Position numbers and translations under genes: made by a program. 42,129 nt of DNA from a virus. Where the stretch lies: UHGV virus genome UHGV-0179013. The stretch is one strand, 5' to 3'. This document shows, piece by piece, positions 1-9,603 of this stretch. Positions within the stretch are counted from its first letter, which is position 1; each line of letters begins with the position of its first letter. The notes under the pieces are model-generated. The model was not told the origin of the DNA, made no database searches, and saw only the letters and a program-made list of their open reading frames with translations.

Positions 1-333
1 TCAAAACTGCGCCAATGCCGCCTCAAGAGATATCGCAGCATCAGTGCTGTTGATAAAGTGCGTCACCCGCCTCATAACCTCAGCCTCTTCAGCTGCATCA
101 CCTTCGATCGCTTCGCCGTCATCCGTGATTAACGCTTTCCCCCTAAGCTTCGCAAACTGCGTCCGACCTCCGGACAGAATCAACAGCGCATCACCCTGCT
201 GTGGGCGCGTGACCGGGACGATGATCGCATAACCCGCCGACGTCTCGAGGATGCGACTGTCGGGAGTCATGCAGACACTGGCTGGCGTAACCCGCTGCTC
301 TATATAGTCGGTAGATGGTGAAGGAAAGCCCAT
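1..333 (-). CDS. Hypothetical small protein (110 aa from ATG at 333; stop codon at 1-3); N-terminus MGFPSPSTDYIEQRV resembles the N-terminal arm of UmuD'/MucA-family proteins but no Ser/Lys peptidase motif is visible
   Basis: ATG at 333 preceded by AGAGGG Shine-Dalgarno; divergent from DinI-like gene with a LexA-box-like palindrome in the shared 78-bp intergenic region. The longer ORF-track start at 582 overlaps the dinI-like gene and is not favoured. Confidence 0.4.
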   Translation of the reverse strand: MGFPSPSTDYIEQRVTPASVCMTPDSRILETSAGYAIIVPVTRPQQGDALLILSGGRTQFAKLRGKALITDDGEAIEGDAAEEAEVMRRVTHFINSTDAAISLEAALAQF

Positions 334-376
334 GTTTACGCCCTCTCTTGAATGCTGGATAAAAACACAGTATAAA

Positions 377-396
377 TACTGTATATGCATCCAGTA
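377..396. promoter_or_regulatory. Candidate LexA (SOS) box TACTGTATATGCATCCAGTA
   Basis: Matches the CTGT-N8-ACAG LexA consensus (TACTGTATATATATACAGTA) at 17 of 20 positions with the CTG...CAG core intact; lies 16 bp upstream of the DinI-like start and 44 bp upstream of the divergent ORF. Confidence 0.5.
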
Positions 397-411
397 AAGA
401 GGAAATGAGCA

Positions 412-654
412 ATGTTCGTGGAACTCGTTTATGACAAAAGGAATTTTGATGGGCTGCCTGGTGCAAAAGATATCATTCTGGGCGAATTGACTAAGAGGGT
501 TCACCGGGTCTTCCCTGATGCTGATGTCCGGGTGAAACCGATGATGACGTTGCCGGCGATCAATACTGACGCCAGCAAGCATGAGAAGGAGCAGATTAGC
601 CGTGTGGTTCAGGAAATGTTTGAAGAAGCAGAGTTCTGGTTAGTGAGTGAGTAA
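412..654 (+). CDS. DinI-family DNA-damage-inducible protein homologue (80 aa)
   Basis: Length and sequence pattern (GELTKRVHRVFPD ... KEQISRVVQEMFEEAEFWLVSE) parallel E. coli DinI (GELSRRIQYAFPD ... QRISEILQETWESADDWFVSE); AGAGGA RBS; LexA-like box upstream. Confidence 0.75.
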   Translation: MFVELVYDKRNFDGLPGAKDIILGELTKRVHRVFPDADVRVKPMMTLPAINTDASKHEKEQISRVVQEMFEEAEFWLVSE

Positions 655-668
655 AGTTTTCAATATCC

Positions 669-698
669 GCCACAGTTACGTTTTGATTACGCTGTGGC
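669..698. terminator. Inverted repeat GCCACAG-N16-CTGTGGC between convergent dinI-like and tail fibre assembly genes (possible bidirectional terminator)
   Basis: 7-bp perfect inverted repeat in the 68-bp gap between two convergent stop codons. Confidence 0.3.
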
Positions 699-722
699 AG
701 ATATTCATTTTCGTAAACGTTC

Positions 723-1313
723 CTATGCGGGGATCGCGGGCCATTCAATTGACGGAGCCGTTGAAACGTCCACGGCTTCCAGTGCGTCGATATAATCCAT
801 CCAGATATTTAACTGGTTGGATTCGTTTTCAGTCAGTTTTCGCCCCATTAACAGTTTTGTCTGCCAGACAGTAATGCGCTGTTGTGCTACTACCAATAAC
901 TGTTGTCGTTGCGCTTCTGCTGCTGCAATGTCAGCTGCGTGAGCAGCGGTGTTATCAGTCACCCACATCCCACCATCCCATTTATCAAATCGGGTTACGG
1001 GCATCAGTTGTGTAAATCCTGACTTTATCTCACCGATGTAATCAACAACCGATTCAAGCCCATCAGCTGTTGAATAAACAACGGTGCCGCGATGATCTTC
1101 CTGTTGTATCCATGCGCCACCGGTGAAGACAGCAACCTCTCCAGCCACCTCATCGCCAGGGTTAATATCAGTTGAATACCCCGGCATGCTAACGCCTAAA
1201 TGGATATATTCATCAGACCATCCAGTATATTCAGAAGTGAATTCATCAAAGTAAAAACAACGCATTTCACCAGGTTCTGTTGCCAGTCCGTTTTCATCAA
1301 ATACAGGTTTCAT
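723..1313 (-). CDS. Tail fibre assembly protein (Tfa-like chaperone)
   Basis: 196 aa, immediately downstream of and start/stop-overlapping the tail fibre gene; N-terminal region typical of Tfa proteins. Confidence 0.65.
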   Translation of the reverse strand: MKPVFDENGLATEPGEMRCFYFDEFTSEYTGWSDEYIHLGVSMPGYSTDINPGDEVAGEVAVFTGGAWIQQEDHRGTVVYSTADGLESVVDYIGEIKSGFTQLMPVTRFDKWDGGMWVTDNTAAHAADIAAAEAQRQQLLVVAQQRITVWQTKLLMGRKLTENESNQLNIWMDYIDALEAVDVSTAPSIEWPAIPA

Positions 1314-2314
1314 TATTTTGCTCTCACCAGTAGGTTGAACGCCACGTTGCGGGGGCGATTTTCAGATGCCGTAGGAACGACTTTCGAAGCATCAAAAGTG
1401 GCGTAAGCATTTGCCCCGCCCCCTGATATTGGGTTATTTTTATTCGATGCTGATGGGCCAAGAGAAAAAGCACCTGATGCGTAAGTTAATAATCCATCTG
1501 AATAAACTCCAACATTACCAGTAATGTTACGAATAGCATCACTCTGCGCTGAAAGTAATGCGCGTCCACCATCAACACCTCGCCCGTCATCCCAGATACG
1601 CAGAAACTCACCGCGACAGTCAGTTAATTTCAGGCCTGGCCATACACGCGCAAGTGCTGGATATGTTGACGCCGAGAACGTAGCGTCATTCATTTTTAGG
1701 AAAACATTAGACGACCATTCTGGGACAACTGTGTTGGGCATTGCTGACACGGGCCAGAAAAATGGAATACCAATAGGCGGTGGTGCTGACTGAACTGAGT
1801 TACTGACATCATCCAGAAGAGCCATTGTTCCATATTTTGTCGGTATCTGGATTGAGTTGTTATACTTCCCATCGATATAGACAATTAGTTCGTAGCCAGT
1901 ATCAGATACAAACAGGTTTACCCTCCTGCTCCCGTCACTGGATGCTGCTGACACTCCTTTTTTAGACGCGACCACTCCGTTGAACATTTGTTCATTTGAG
2001 CTGTTTTTATCTGCGAAATTAGTCAAACCAAGGTTTGCGAGAGCCGTAGAAATCGCCGCTGCACCATCTGATTTGATATCGGCAAATGGGTTTGCACGGC
2101 TCAGTGTGAGTTTTTGAATGGCTTTTAAAACCTGAGTCATATCGTTAATGTCGAGCGCCAATCCTGCTGACTCTACGATATGCGCTAACTCTTCCTGCAT
2201 GGCGTTAAACGCTGCTGCCCGCAGCCTCGTTGCGGCAATACCACCAGCAACACTTCCATCAGTATATTTGCCATCCTGCGTTGCAGTGGCTTCGACTTGC
2301 CCGATTCGGAGCAT
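1313..2314 (-). CDS. Tail fibre protein with C-terminal phage tail-collar-like region
   Basis: 333 aa; C-terminal segment GEFLRIWDDGRGVDGGRALLSAQSDAIRNITG resembles the phage tail collar motif; position after baseplate genes and before tfa. Confidence 0.65.
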   Translation of the reverse strand: MLRIGQVEATATQDGKYTDGSVAGGIAATRLRAAAFNAMQEELAHIVESAGLALDINDMTQVLKAIQKLTLSRANPFADIKSDGAAAISTALANLGLTNFADKNSSNEQMFNGVVASKKGVSAASSDGSRRVNLFVSDTGYELIVYIDGKYNNSIQIPTKYGTMALLDDVSNSVQSAPPPIGIPFFWPVSAMPNTVVPEWSSNVFLKMNDATFSASTYPALARVWPGLKLTDCRGEFLRIWDDGRGVDGGRALLSAQSDAIRNITGNVGVYSDGLLTYASGAFSLGPSASNKNNPISGGGANAYATFDASKVVPTASENRPRNVAFNLLVRAK

Positions 2315-2365
2315 AGTTAATCCTCACTTAGTGTTAAGCGATAAAATCAGAGGGGGAAATATCAG

Positions 2366-2959
2366 TTATGAATAATTGAAAATGATGTTCAGATGGGATG
2401 GGGCAATTTTGTTGATTGAACACTCCAGTTGTTTATTGCCCCACGATGCGAGCGGATCTCCGCAGTAGGACGCGCCAGCAAGCGAATACTTGATCGTTGT
2501 TTGTGGCGCATTTATCCGCCAGGTAAATGGCCACTCGTCACCGTTAAGCGCATCACCGCATACTGACATGCCACTCATAGCGGGCCGGAACTGTGTGATA
2601 GTGATGGTATAACCAAGAGCTGCAGCCACCCGGATGTAATAATCGCGGTTCAGGCCGCCGGTGCTGATTAACTTTGCCACCACGGCGCGCTGGCGATCGC
2701 TGACGCCACCGGATTCACCAATCGCACAATCATCTGGTAACCCCAGAGAGCTTTCCCATTCTGACAACATTACCGTCGCTGTAGGGGGAAAAGCACCAGT
2801 AATCAGGCTTTGCGCATCGTTGTCAGAACGCTGAAACGCGCTGCCCAGTGCCCGTAATACCGCAGCCTGTACCGTTTTTTGCGATCTGGGCCACGCCCTG
2901 CCCGTCGGCAGCAACGCGCCAAGCGCACCGGCATAATCATTTTTTGAAAAGAGGCTCAT
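2366..2959 (-). CDS. Mu gp48-like / YmfQ-like (DUF2313) tail protein
   Basis: 197 aa; position directly after baseplate J-like gene and before the tail fibre; sequence pattern as in e14 YmfQ / Mu gp48 family as I recall it. Confidence 0.55.
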   Translation of the reverse strand: MSLFSKNDYAGALGALLPTGRAWPRSQKTVQAAVLRALGSAFQRSDNDAQSLITGAFPPTATVMLSEWESSLGLPDDCAIGESGGVSDRQRAVVAKLISTGGLNRDYYIRVAAALGYTITITQFRPAMSGMSVCGDALNGDEWPFTWRINAPQTTIKYSLAGASYCGDPLASWGNKQLECSINKIAPSHLNIIFNYS

Positions 2960-4098
2960 ACAAAATTCACCCCGCCAAGCACCGGAATTTCGCCAACAGC
3001 AAAGGTGATATTGGCCATCGGAGAGTTAAGGATATAGCCCGTCGTGCCACTAACACCGCCGATACTCCCGTTAATATCAGAGAGGTAAACTTTCCCGGAA
3101 CCATCAGGGTTAGCCTCATCAAAAAACAGCGCCGTCAGCGCGTCTTTTATACCCTGAACTGTGGTGCTGTCGGCATTTTTGATACCAGAGATTTCAATAT
3201 TGATGACTTTCTTGATCGGGGAACATACGAAAACAATGGCAGTGTCTGTCTGCTGCGGATAGATGTGGTCGGCGACAGCGAGCTGGTCTCCGGTGGCTTT
3301 AACAGCCCCCCAGTCCTCAAGTTGGGATATTCCATCGGTACCGACCGGAAACCCACCATTGTCATTCCGATCACACATGATATACACGCCAACGGTCCCG
3401 GCCCCGTTCAGACGCCGCTTTACCCACGCGCGGGTGACGCCCGAAACCTCAAGCGCCCATTTTTTATAATCGGCGTCGCTTCCACCCTGAGGCGGATTCT
3501 GCCATGCCAGCAAGCCACGACTGCGAAAGTCCTCTTCCGTTTCAATATCGGCTCCGCCGGTCGCAGCGGACAGTAACGTTACCTGTGGATCCACGCCAGC
3601 AATATTCGCGTCCAGGGTCATTATGGTCCCGGCATCAGCGTTACCGCGCGCGCCTCCACCCGTTACATCACTGGTAATATCCGGCAGGATGGCCGTCACC
3701 GCGACGATACCAAATCCATCTGCCTGAATTTTAAGATCTGCATCCGTCCGGTACTGGTATCCGTCCCCGCGGTTAATGATCGAGCCAACAGGGATAATAC
3801 TGTCAACACTGCCACTAGCCTGTACCGCAGGCGACTTCGCCGCTGCAGCTGGTTTTCTGAATACCTGCTTAAGGGCCATCCACCCGGCGAGATACTCATC
3901 GGTAGAGGTAAACGGGTTTGTCTGCAGGGCAATATAGTCAAGGTAGGCGTAATGCAGATGCCCCATCCCCGCATCCATGTCAGCCAGTACCTTCAGGTTC
4001 GCGAAGCGCAGGAGCGCACCAACATCCTCAAGCTCCGCCTGCATAAATTTCCGGTTTCCGTCGCGGAGTTCGCTCAGCGTCGGTCGTTTAAACGGCAT
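2956..4098 (-). CDS. Baseplate J-like protein (Mu gp47-like)
   Basis: About 380 aa from the ATG at 4098 (ORF-track start at 4236 overlaps the upstream gene); synteny W-J in a Mu/P2-type baseplate cluster; stop/start overlap with neighbours. Confidence 0.55.
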   Translation of the reverse strand: MPFKRPTLSELRDGNRKFMQAELEDVGALLRFANLKVLADMDAGMGHLHYAYLDYIALQTNPFTSTDEYLAGWMALKQVFRKPAAAAKSPAVQASGSVDSIIPVGSIINRGDGYQYRTDADLKIQADGFGIVAVTAILPDITSDVTGGGARGNADAGTIMTLDANIAGVDPQVTLLSAATGGADIETEEDFRSRGLLAWQNPPQGGSDADYKKWALEVSGVTRAWVKRRLNGAGTVGVYIMCDRNDNGGFPVGTDGISQLEDWGAVKATGDQLAVADHIYPQQTDTAIVFVCSPIKKVINIEISGIKNADSTTVQGIKDALTALFFDEANPDGSGKVYLSDINGSIGGVSGTTGYILNSPMANITFAVGEIPVLGGVNFV

Positions 4099-4099
4099 A

Positions 4100-4537
4100 T
4101 TAACGTTGCTCCCATATCCAGTAAAACCTGAATTCCTGCCAGTCCTTCCCCGGTGCCTGATAGCGGATAATGAGATTGAGCCGGTCACGCAGGACGATCC
4201 TGGCAACAGGAATAACCTCGCTGACAACGCCATCAACCTTTAACCAGTTGAGCGCTTCACTCGAGTATTCCTCCGCTTTTTTTGCTACATCCGGGGTCAG
4301 TTTTTTCCGCCGTAGCAGCCACAGCCGGGATCCCAGTTGGGATTCCTCCCCAGAATCCCCCCACCAGCCGCGGCGATCGCTATCCTCATAATCATCGTCA
4401 GCGCGCGCCAGCCTGTCAGTAAACAGGCTGTCCAGTATTGCAGTCTGTAAATCGTTCCCCGTGGTGAGTTCGCCCAGCCCTTTCTGCCAGTCAGCAAACA
4501 TCTCATCCACATTCCAGAATGAAGCGATGTCACTCAT
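4100..4537 (-). CDS. Baseplate wedge protein, GPW/gp25-like (Mu gp46-like)
   Basis: 145 aa, size and position between V-like and J-like genes. Confidence 0.5.
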   Translation of the reverse strand: MSDIASFWNVDEMFADWQKGLGELTTGNDLQTAILDSLFTDRLARADDDYEDSDRRGWWGDSGEESQLGSRLWLLRRKKLTPDVAKKAEEYSSEALNWLKVDGVVSEVIPVARIVLRDRLNLIIRYQAPGKDWQEFRFYWIWEQR

Positions 4538-5118
4538 GTCACCTGATCCTCTGTTTTTTGGCTGCGGATATTGTCATTGCCACTCTGGGCATTTTTAACC
4601 ACATGATCATGGTCATTATGTGCATCCCGCAGCTCTTTCAGTGTTCGGGTATTGGTTTCACAGTTATCAACAATGTCACCCGTGCACCTCAGGATCGGGG
4701 TATTTGCAAGAATCCCCTGGCTGGCATTGATGGTCACGTTAGTGGCGTTATTGACCTCAACATTCTGGCCCTTTGCATCCAGGAAGATCCCCTTCTCCGT
4801 CAGGAGAATATTAAGACCCCACTGGTTATACATGACCGTTTCGCCCGCTTTCAGGCCTGTATGACGGAACCCCTGATGGTTGGACGCAATTACCACCGCG
4901 CTGGAACGATCACCGCCAATAAAAGCCAGAACCACGTCAGTCCCTGACGGCAGGCCGGATGAAAAACCAAATTCAGCCATCCGCGGTGCGCTGGCCACCT
5001 CCAGCGGAGTCTGGTACTGGATTGACTGCACCACCCCACCATCTTTCATAGCCGTGATCCGGCCAATCCCCAGCATGCCGGCGATCCTAGTCGCTGCATG
5101 TTTAAATAGTTGCTTCAT
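4534..5118 (-). CDS. Baseplate assembly protein V / spike-like (Mu gp45-like)
   Basis: 194 aa; position in baseplate cluster; overlapping stop/start with flanking genes. Confidence 0.5.
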   Translation of the reverse strand: MKQLFKHAATRIAGMLGIGRITAMKDGGVVQSIQYQTPLEVASAPRMAEFGFSSGLPSGTDVVLAFIGGDRSSAVVIASNHQGFRHTGLKAGETVMYNQWGLNILLTEKGIFLDAKGQNVEVNNATNVTINASQGILANTPILRCTGDIVDNCETNTRTLKELRDAHNDHDHVVKNAQSGNDNIRSQKTEDQVT

Positions 5119-6200
5119 GTATTGAATCCCGCCAGGTTCTGGTAGAAGGCATATGGCTGAACGGCGAATGCTTCAGGCGGCATCAGCGTCATGCGTGCAT
5201 GGGTGCCGTAGTCATCGCGCATATAGGTGACTTCTGCCAGTAGCAATTCAGTCTCCGGCAACCGTAAGGTGGGAAGATCAACGGGGATCAATGTGTTTGG
5301 TTCCCACAGTTTCCCGTCTTTATCCCGCCAGGAATCGATGGTTACCGAGAGCTGTTTTGAACGTCCGTACCGCCGGTTCATTTCCCAGTCGATCGCACTT
5401 TGTGCCTGTTGAGTAGCCATCAGGGTACTTTCCACAATCGATATATGTTTTCGGTACCGCATACGGGCGGCCTCCGGATCTCTCGCCGTTGCCAGAGTCA
5501 CAGCGTCATAGGCCGTATCAGGCGAATACCCTGCAATTGGAGAAACGCTCATTGATACACCGACATAATCTGAAAACCTGTCAGCCATCGATTTGCGGTA
5601 GTATGCCTGCTCGACATTTACCCCTTCGGCTATCCCACTCGCCGCACGACGTGTTCCCACCCGGGTCAGTAACAGGTTTCCATCGGGCTGATCGTAGTAA
5701 AGCAGAGCAGACCATCTGGCCACCCGATCGATGACTTCTTGCGGAGACTCACCCCAGTTCAGAGTGAACTGGGGTACCTTCACAAGCTCATCAACATCCG
5801 TGGTTACGGTGATGCCGTAGTAGGATGCCAGGCGAGAAGCAATTTCAAGTGCATTACTGGCATTAATGACGTTGTTAGGCCACTCAGCTGAGCAATCCAC
5901 CAGGTCCTGACATTTGCTCCTGCCCGTGGCGCGGACCTCATGGCGGGAGCGCGATAGTGCGGGTTCCCAGTCATCAACATATCCCGTCAGTGTCAGATCA
6001 TCTCCGATACGAACTTCACAAGACATTCCCTCTTCAACGAGTTGACGATCTTCGTTGCCAGGGAAGTAATCCATTAGCCCAAGATCGAAATCAGAGGGAA
6101 AACGCTCAATACCCCGCGTTACCCGGACAGAATCCCACCCCTCGATGATTTTGCCGTCGACCGTCAAAGAAACAACATCCAGATCGCTGTCTGCATTCAT
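5115..6200 (-). CDS. Baseplate hub / tail protein (Mu gp44-like, P2 gpD-like)
   Basis: 361 aa; synteny between DNA-circulation-like gene and V-like gene. Confidence 0.45.
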   Translation of the reverse strand: MNADSDLDVVSLTVDGKIIEGWDSVRVTRGIERFPSDFDLGLMDYFPGNEDRQLVEEGMSCEVRIGDDLTLTGYVDDWEPALSRSRHEVRATGRSKCQDLVDCSAEWPNNVINASNALEIASRLASYYGITVTTDVDELVKVPQFTLNWGESPQEVIDRVARWSALLYYDQPDGNLLLTRVGTRRAASGIAEGVNVEQAYYRKSMADRFSDYVGVSMSVSPIAGYSPDTAYDAVTLATARDPEAARMRYRKHISIVESTLMATQQAQSAIDWEMNRRYGRSKQLSVTIDSWRDKDGKLWEPNTLIPVDLPTLRLPETELLLAEVTYMRDDYGTHARMTLMPPEAFAVQPYAFYQNLAGFNT

Positions 6201-7597
6201 TGCCTCAGTACCTTCATGGTTGTCGGCATAAACGCCGGATGCGGTACGCGCGCTTCCTGTACCAGTTCATCTGCACGGGTGGCATCCTGGTATAATCGGT
6301 TTGCCAGCGTCAGCGCCGGAAGCGGCTGAGCGGTAGTAACCTGCAGAAGCTCGCTCAGACCAGAAGCACGCTCACTCATCGTAGAAAGGAATGCCGATCT
6401 GACGGCGAGAAGCGCGTTATACATATCATCGTCCGCGCGGTCTCCAGCCAGAACCAGCGCCGTATCAAGTTGCACAGAAACTCGTTGAGTTAACTCTTCT
6501 GCCTCGTCTGTACTGGCAGGTCTGGAGTCCGCAGCGGCACTGGTCATGGCACCAGTACATAGCACAACAATCAGCGTGCTCATGGTCGCCGAAATCGCTT
6601 TACTGCTGTCGGACTGCTGGTACTCCGTGCTGATTGAATTAGCCAGTTTTTCCAGCGCTGTAATTCGGTCATTAACGCTGCCGGCGCTGTTAAGAATTGC
6701 GTTTACCACGTCGGCGACGCCCTGGACAAACTCATCAGGGGTGTTGGAGCTGCTAAGCTGGCTCGACCTGTCGGTAACATTTTTCCGGTCCATTACCGAC
6801 TGGGCTGTTACCTTGTCAGCCAGTGCTCTCTCATCATCCACATCAGCAACTGACAATTTGCCAGCAACAGCAGAGGAACTACCGCCCACAGAGCCTTTAC
6901 TGTAACGTCCGTACCGGGTATTCCCGAACGTGGAGTTCAGGACATTACTGAGATTCGTTACCTGGCTGATGGTATTGTTAACCATGTTAGTCCAGAACGT
7001 GACCGTGCCTCTGATGGTGTTTATAGCCTGTGTGACACCGCGGATTTCACTTTTAACCCTGGCAATCGTACTCAGCACAGCAGTGCTTACCAGTTTCAGA
7101 TAGTTGGTTTTCACCGTGGCGCCTGCAACGGTACTGCCCGTGACGGCAAACACTTTAAGCCCTGATTCAATTGCCATCAGAGTAAATTCAAATACTCGCC
7201 CGTTCTCCATCGACCCGGAAATACGCAAACCATTCTCAGGGATGGAAACCGTTAATTCTCCCAGTGTAGGATGGACAAGCGTACCGCTTCCTTTTTTTTC
7301 ACAGGCAGCAATGAGCGACTGACGTTGAGTGATAACATCACCACCACCGTAAACCTGACTGTTCTGGATGATAAATCCGCGGAGAACAAAGCGCCGGGTT
7401 CCCCGACCAAGATCCTCTATCCAGGCCGTATCCCGATAAGGGTATTCATGTACAGCCTGACGTCTGCCGTGGCTACCTTCTTCCATCACCATGGCGAAAG
7501 GCACACCACGAAAGGAACTGGATCGTATTAATCCCCGCCAGTCATCGTTGTCACCGCCCCCCATCAGTGCAGTTATTGCATTCTGGATAATTGGCAT
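6197..7597 (-). CDS. Mu gp43-like DNA circulation protein (tail-associated)
   Basis: About 466 aa from ATG at 7597 with AGGAG RBS (ORF-track start at 7627 lies inside the terminator hairpin); position directly after the tape measure gene. Confidence 0.45.
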   Translation of the reverse strand: MPIIQNAITALMGGGDNDDWRGLIRSSSFRGVPFAMVMEEGSHGRRQAVHEYPYRDTAWIEDLGRGTRRFVLRGFIIQNSQVYGGGDVITQRQSLIAACEKKGSGTLVHPTLGELTVSIPENGLRISGSMENGRVFEFTLMAIESGLKVFAVTGSTVAGATVKTNYLKLVSTAVLSTIARVKSEIRGVTQAINTIRGTVTFWTNMVNNTISQVTNLSNVLNSTFGNTRYGRYSKGSVGGSSSAVAGKLSVADVDDERALADKVTAQSVMDRKNVTDRSSQLSSSNTPDEFVQGVADVVNAILNSAGSVNDRITALEKLANSISTEYQQSDSSKAISATMSTLIVVLCTGAMTSAAADSRPASTDEAEELTQRVSVQLDTALVLAGDRADDDMYNALLAVRSAFLSTMSERASGLSELLQVTTAQPLPALTLANRLYQDATRADELVQEARVPHPAFMPTTMKVLRQ

Positions 7598-7612
7598 CAG
7601 GTCTCCTGAAAT

Positions 7613-7634
7613 AAAAAAAACCGCCACCTGGCGG
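7613..7634 (-). terminator. Intrinsic terminator between tape measure gene and baseplate genes
   Basis: Hairpin CCGCCAGGTGGCGG followed on the minus strand by a run of 8 T. Confidence 0.6.
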
Positions 7635-7665
7635 TTACCGTATATACAATGACAGTTGAAAATGA

Positions 7666-9603
7666 TCAGTAAGACATGGGTAACGTTATTCTTCCGCCAT
7701 CTTCGGCGCTGTATTCCCTTCGCCCTCCCTTCCCGTCGATCATGGTGATCTCAAGTTTCAATTTTTGCTCAGCCATCGCACTCATGAAGGAGCGCGTAAT
7801 ATTATCGGTAAGGGTCTTATCTGGTCCCGAACGCTGCAACTCTGGCTGAATGATTCCGTCTCCAGAGGATTGTTCGTTCACCGGACTGTCAGGGAAAGCA
7901 TCACTTTTCCCTTGTTGTGTTCTGAGTATCGTGGGTTCTTGATCCACGCCGCGTGATCCAGAGATAATGTCATACCGCTGCTGGGCCAGCACATCCGGAT
8001 TTCTCTTCCCTGACCACCGATCATCAGTAATGGCGGTCTGGATGGCGTTTAGCAGTTGTTCCTCAGTATAAGGTTGTGCGCCATTCTCATGTTTAATCAT
8101 GGCTGCCATTATCGTTTTTAATGTTTCCGGATCGTGCAGATTTACTTGCTCTTTGGCTCCATATCCAGTGGCTTTTGAGACGGAGTCAATATATGCACGA
8201 GTCTTATTCTCTGATTGCGGAGCATAGGTATGAATAATCCCATCCAGAGTATTATTCCCCCTGTCACCATACAACATCAGCTGTCTCGCCATTGCAGTTC
8301 TTCCGTCGGCATCATTCGCAAAGGTAGAAAATCCGCCATTTTTACCCGTTGCGTTTGCTGCAACCCTCAAATTACCGGGATTATTATTTCTGAAGCCAAT
8401 TGCGTTATTCCTTGTTTCCCCGTAAGGAACATTGCCGCGTGCAACGTTGGATTGTGGCTGGCTGATAGCGGATAAGTCATTCTGCAATTGAATCGCAGAA
8501 TCGGTCGCGCGGTAATTCGCATCGTACCGCTTTCTTACAGCATCAGTCATGAAACCCGCGTCAACCTGCCCACGTTCACTGCGGGGTAAGCTGTTATAAA
8601 GTTCCTTATCGTTCTGAATGCGCCGTAGTTTCTCAGCATCATTGCTGTTGATAAAACCGAGAGCATGAGACAGCCCAGTAAAATCACCATTAGTGAACAG
8701 ATCGGTAACACCTTCAAGGCCGTCTTTGACTGAACCATCCGAAAGAATGGTCTTAAGTGCCTTGTTTTTTGAACGTTGCCACAGACCATCCCAGGATGCG
8801 CTGAGCTCATTCATCGTTCCATTGATGTCGCTTAGTTCTTTATTAAGTTCAGGATCAATTGTTAGCCCAAACTCATCAGATTTAGCCAGCAGCGTTTTCA
8901 TGCGCTCACCTTCACGCATTAACGCCAACATTTCTGGCGTCAGCCCAAGAGCATCCGCTACGGACTTTTGTTGCTCAGGCCGCAACGAAGGGAAGACACG
9001 AGCAATCTCCTGTAATGTTTTTAGCGTATCAACAGAACCATCATTGTTTTTCTGTATCTGGACACCAATTTGTGCGAGAGCACCGAGCACCTGACCATTA
9101 GCGCCACTGGCAGCTTCTTTCAGCGTCTTAGCCATGCCATCAATAGAAGCATTTGCGCTTTCACTATCAGCACCGAGGATGCGCATAGCTCCAGCAAGAC
9201 GAGAATAGTCGTCTACACGCATTCCAGCATTTTTTGATGAAACGTCCAGGTTATATGCCTCCCTGGACGCTTCACGAAAGCCATAGGCAACTTGTTTGAG
9301 ACCGTACCCGGCTGCACCAACAATACCTAGTGACCCGAGTTTACCAGATAGCTCCCCTACCATTTTCAATGGAGGGACTATATCCCCGATAAACTGCACG
9401 TTATCCCTGGCACTTTTGGACAAATTTTCAAAACGTGAAATAAAGCCATTCAGCCCGTCAACTGTCTCCTGTCCACCTAACTGAAGCCCTTCTTTAGTTT
9501 TATCAAGCTTAGGTTCAAGACCTCGGATAGCTTCATTAATACGGTCAATAACATCACTGACCTGATCATTAGCCACCAGCTCAAAATCAAAGACATTACT
9601 CAT
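7666..9603 (-). CDS. Tail tape measure protein
   Basis: 645 aa, largest tail gene, located between the frameshifted chaperone and baseplate genes; low-complexity Ala/Gly/Ser-rich segments. Confidence 0.65.
   Translation of the reverse strand: MSNVFDFELVANDQVSDVIDRINEAIRGLEPKLDKTKEGLQLGGQETVDGLNGFISRFENLSKSARDNVQFIGDIVPPLKMVGELSGKLGSLGIVGAAGYGLKQVAYGFREASREAYNLDVSSKNAGMRVDDYSRLAGAMRILGADSESANASIDGMAKTLKEAASGANGQVLGALAQIGVQIQKNNDGSVDTLKTLQEIARVFPSLRPEQQKSVADALGLTPEMLALMREGERMKTLLAKSDEFGLTIDPELNKELSDINGTMNELSASWDGLWQRSKNKALKTILSDGSVKDGLEGVTDLFTNGDFTGLSHALGFINSNDAEKLRRIQNDKELYNSLPRSERGQVDAGFMTDAVRKRYDANYRATDSAIQLQNDLSAISQPQSNVARGNVPYGETRNNAIGFRNNNPGNLRVAANATGKNGGFSTFANDADGRTAMARQLMLYGDRGNNTLDGIIHTYAPQSENKTRAYIDSVSKATGYGAKEQVNLHDPETLKTIMAAMIKHENGAQPYTEEQLLNAIQTAITDDRWSGKRNPDVLAQQRYDIISGSRGVDQEPTILRTQQGKSDAFPDSPVNEQSSGDGIIQPELQRSGPDKTLTDNITRSFMSAMAEQKLKLEITMIDGKGGRREYSAEDGGRITLPMSY

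Noticed and set aside
365-384. Second possible LexA site (CAGTATAAATACTG)
   Set aside because: Half-sites are in the reverse arrangement (CAGT...ACTG rather than CTGT...ACAG); only the adjacent 377-396 site fits the LexA consensus.
1-582. Long version (193 aa) of the minus-strand ORF at the left edge
   Set aside because: Its first 83 codons overlap the well-supported DinI-like gene on the other strand; an internal ATG at 333 with a good RBS gives a non-overlapping 110-aa protein.
647-874. Plus-strand 75-aa ORF
   Set aside because: Lies antisense inside the tail fibre assembly gene; no RBS; shadow ORF.
2848-3576. Plus-strand 242-aa ORF
   Set aside because: Fully antisense to the baseplate J-like gene within a tightly coupled minus-strand operon; Arg/Pro-rich composition typical of a shadow frame.
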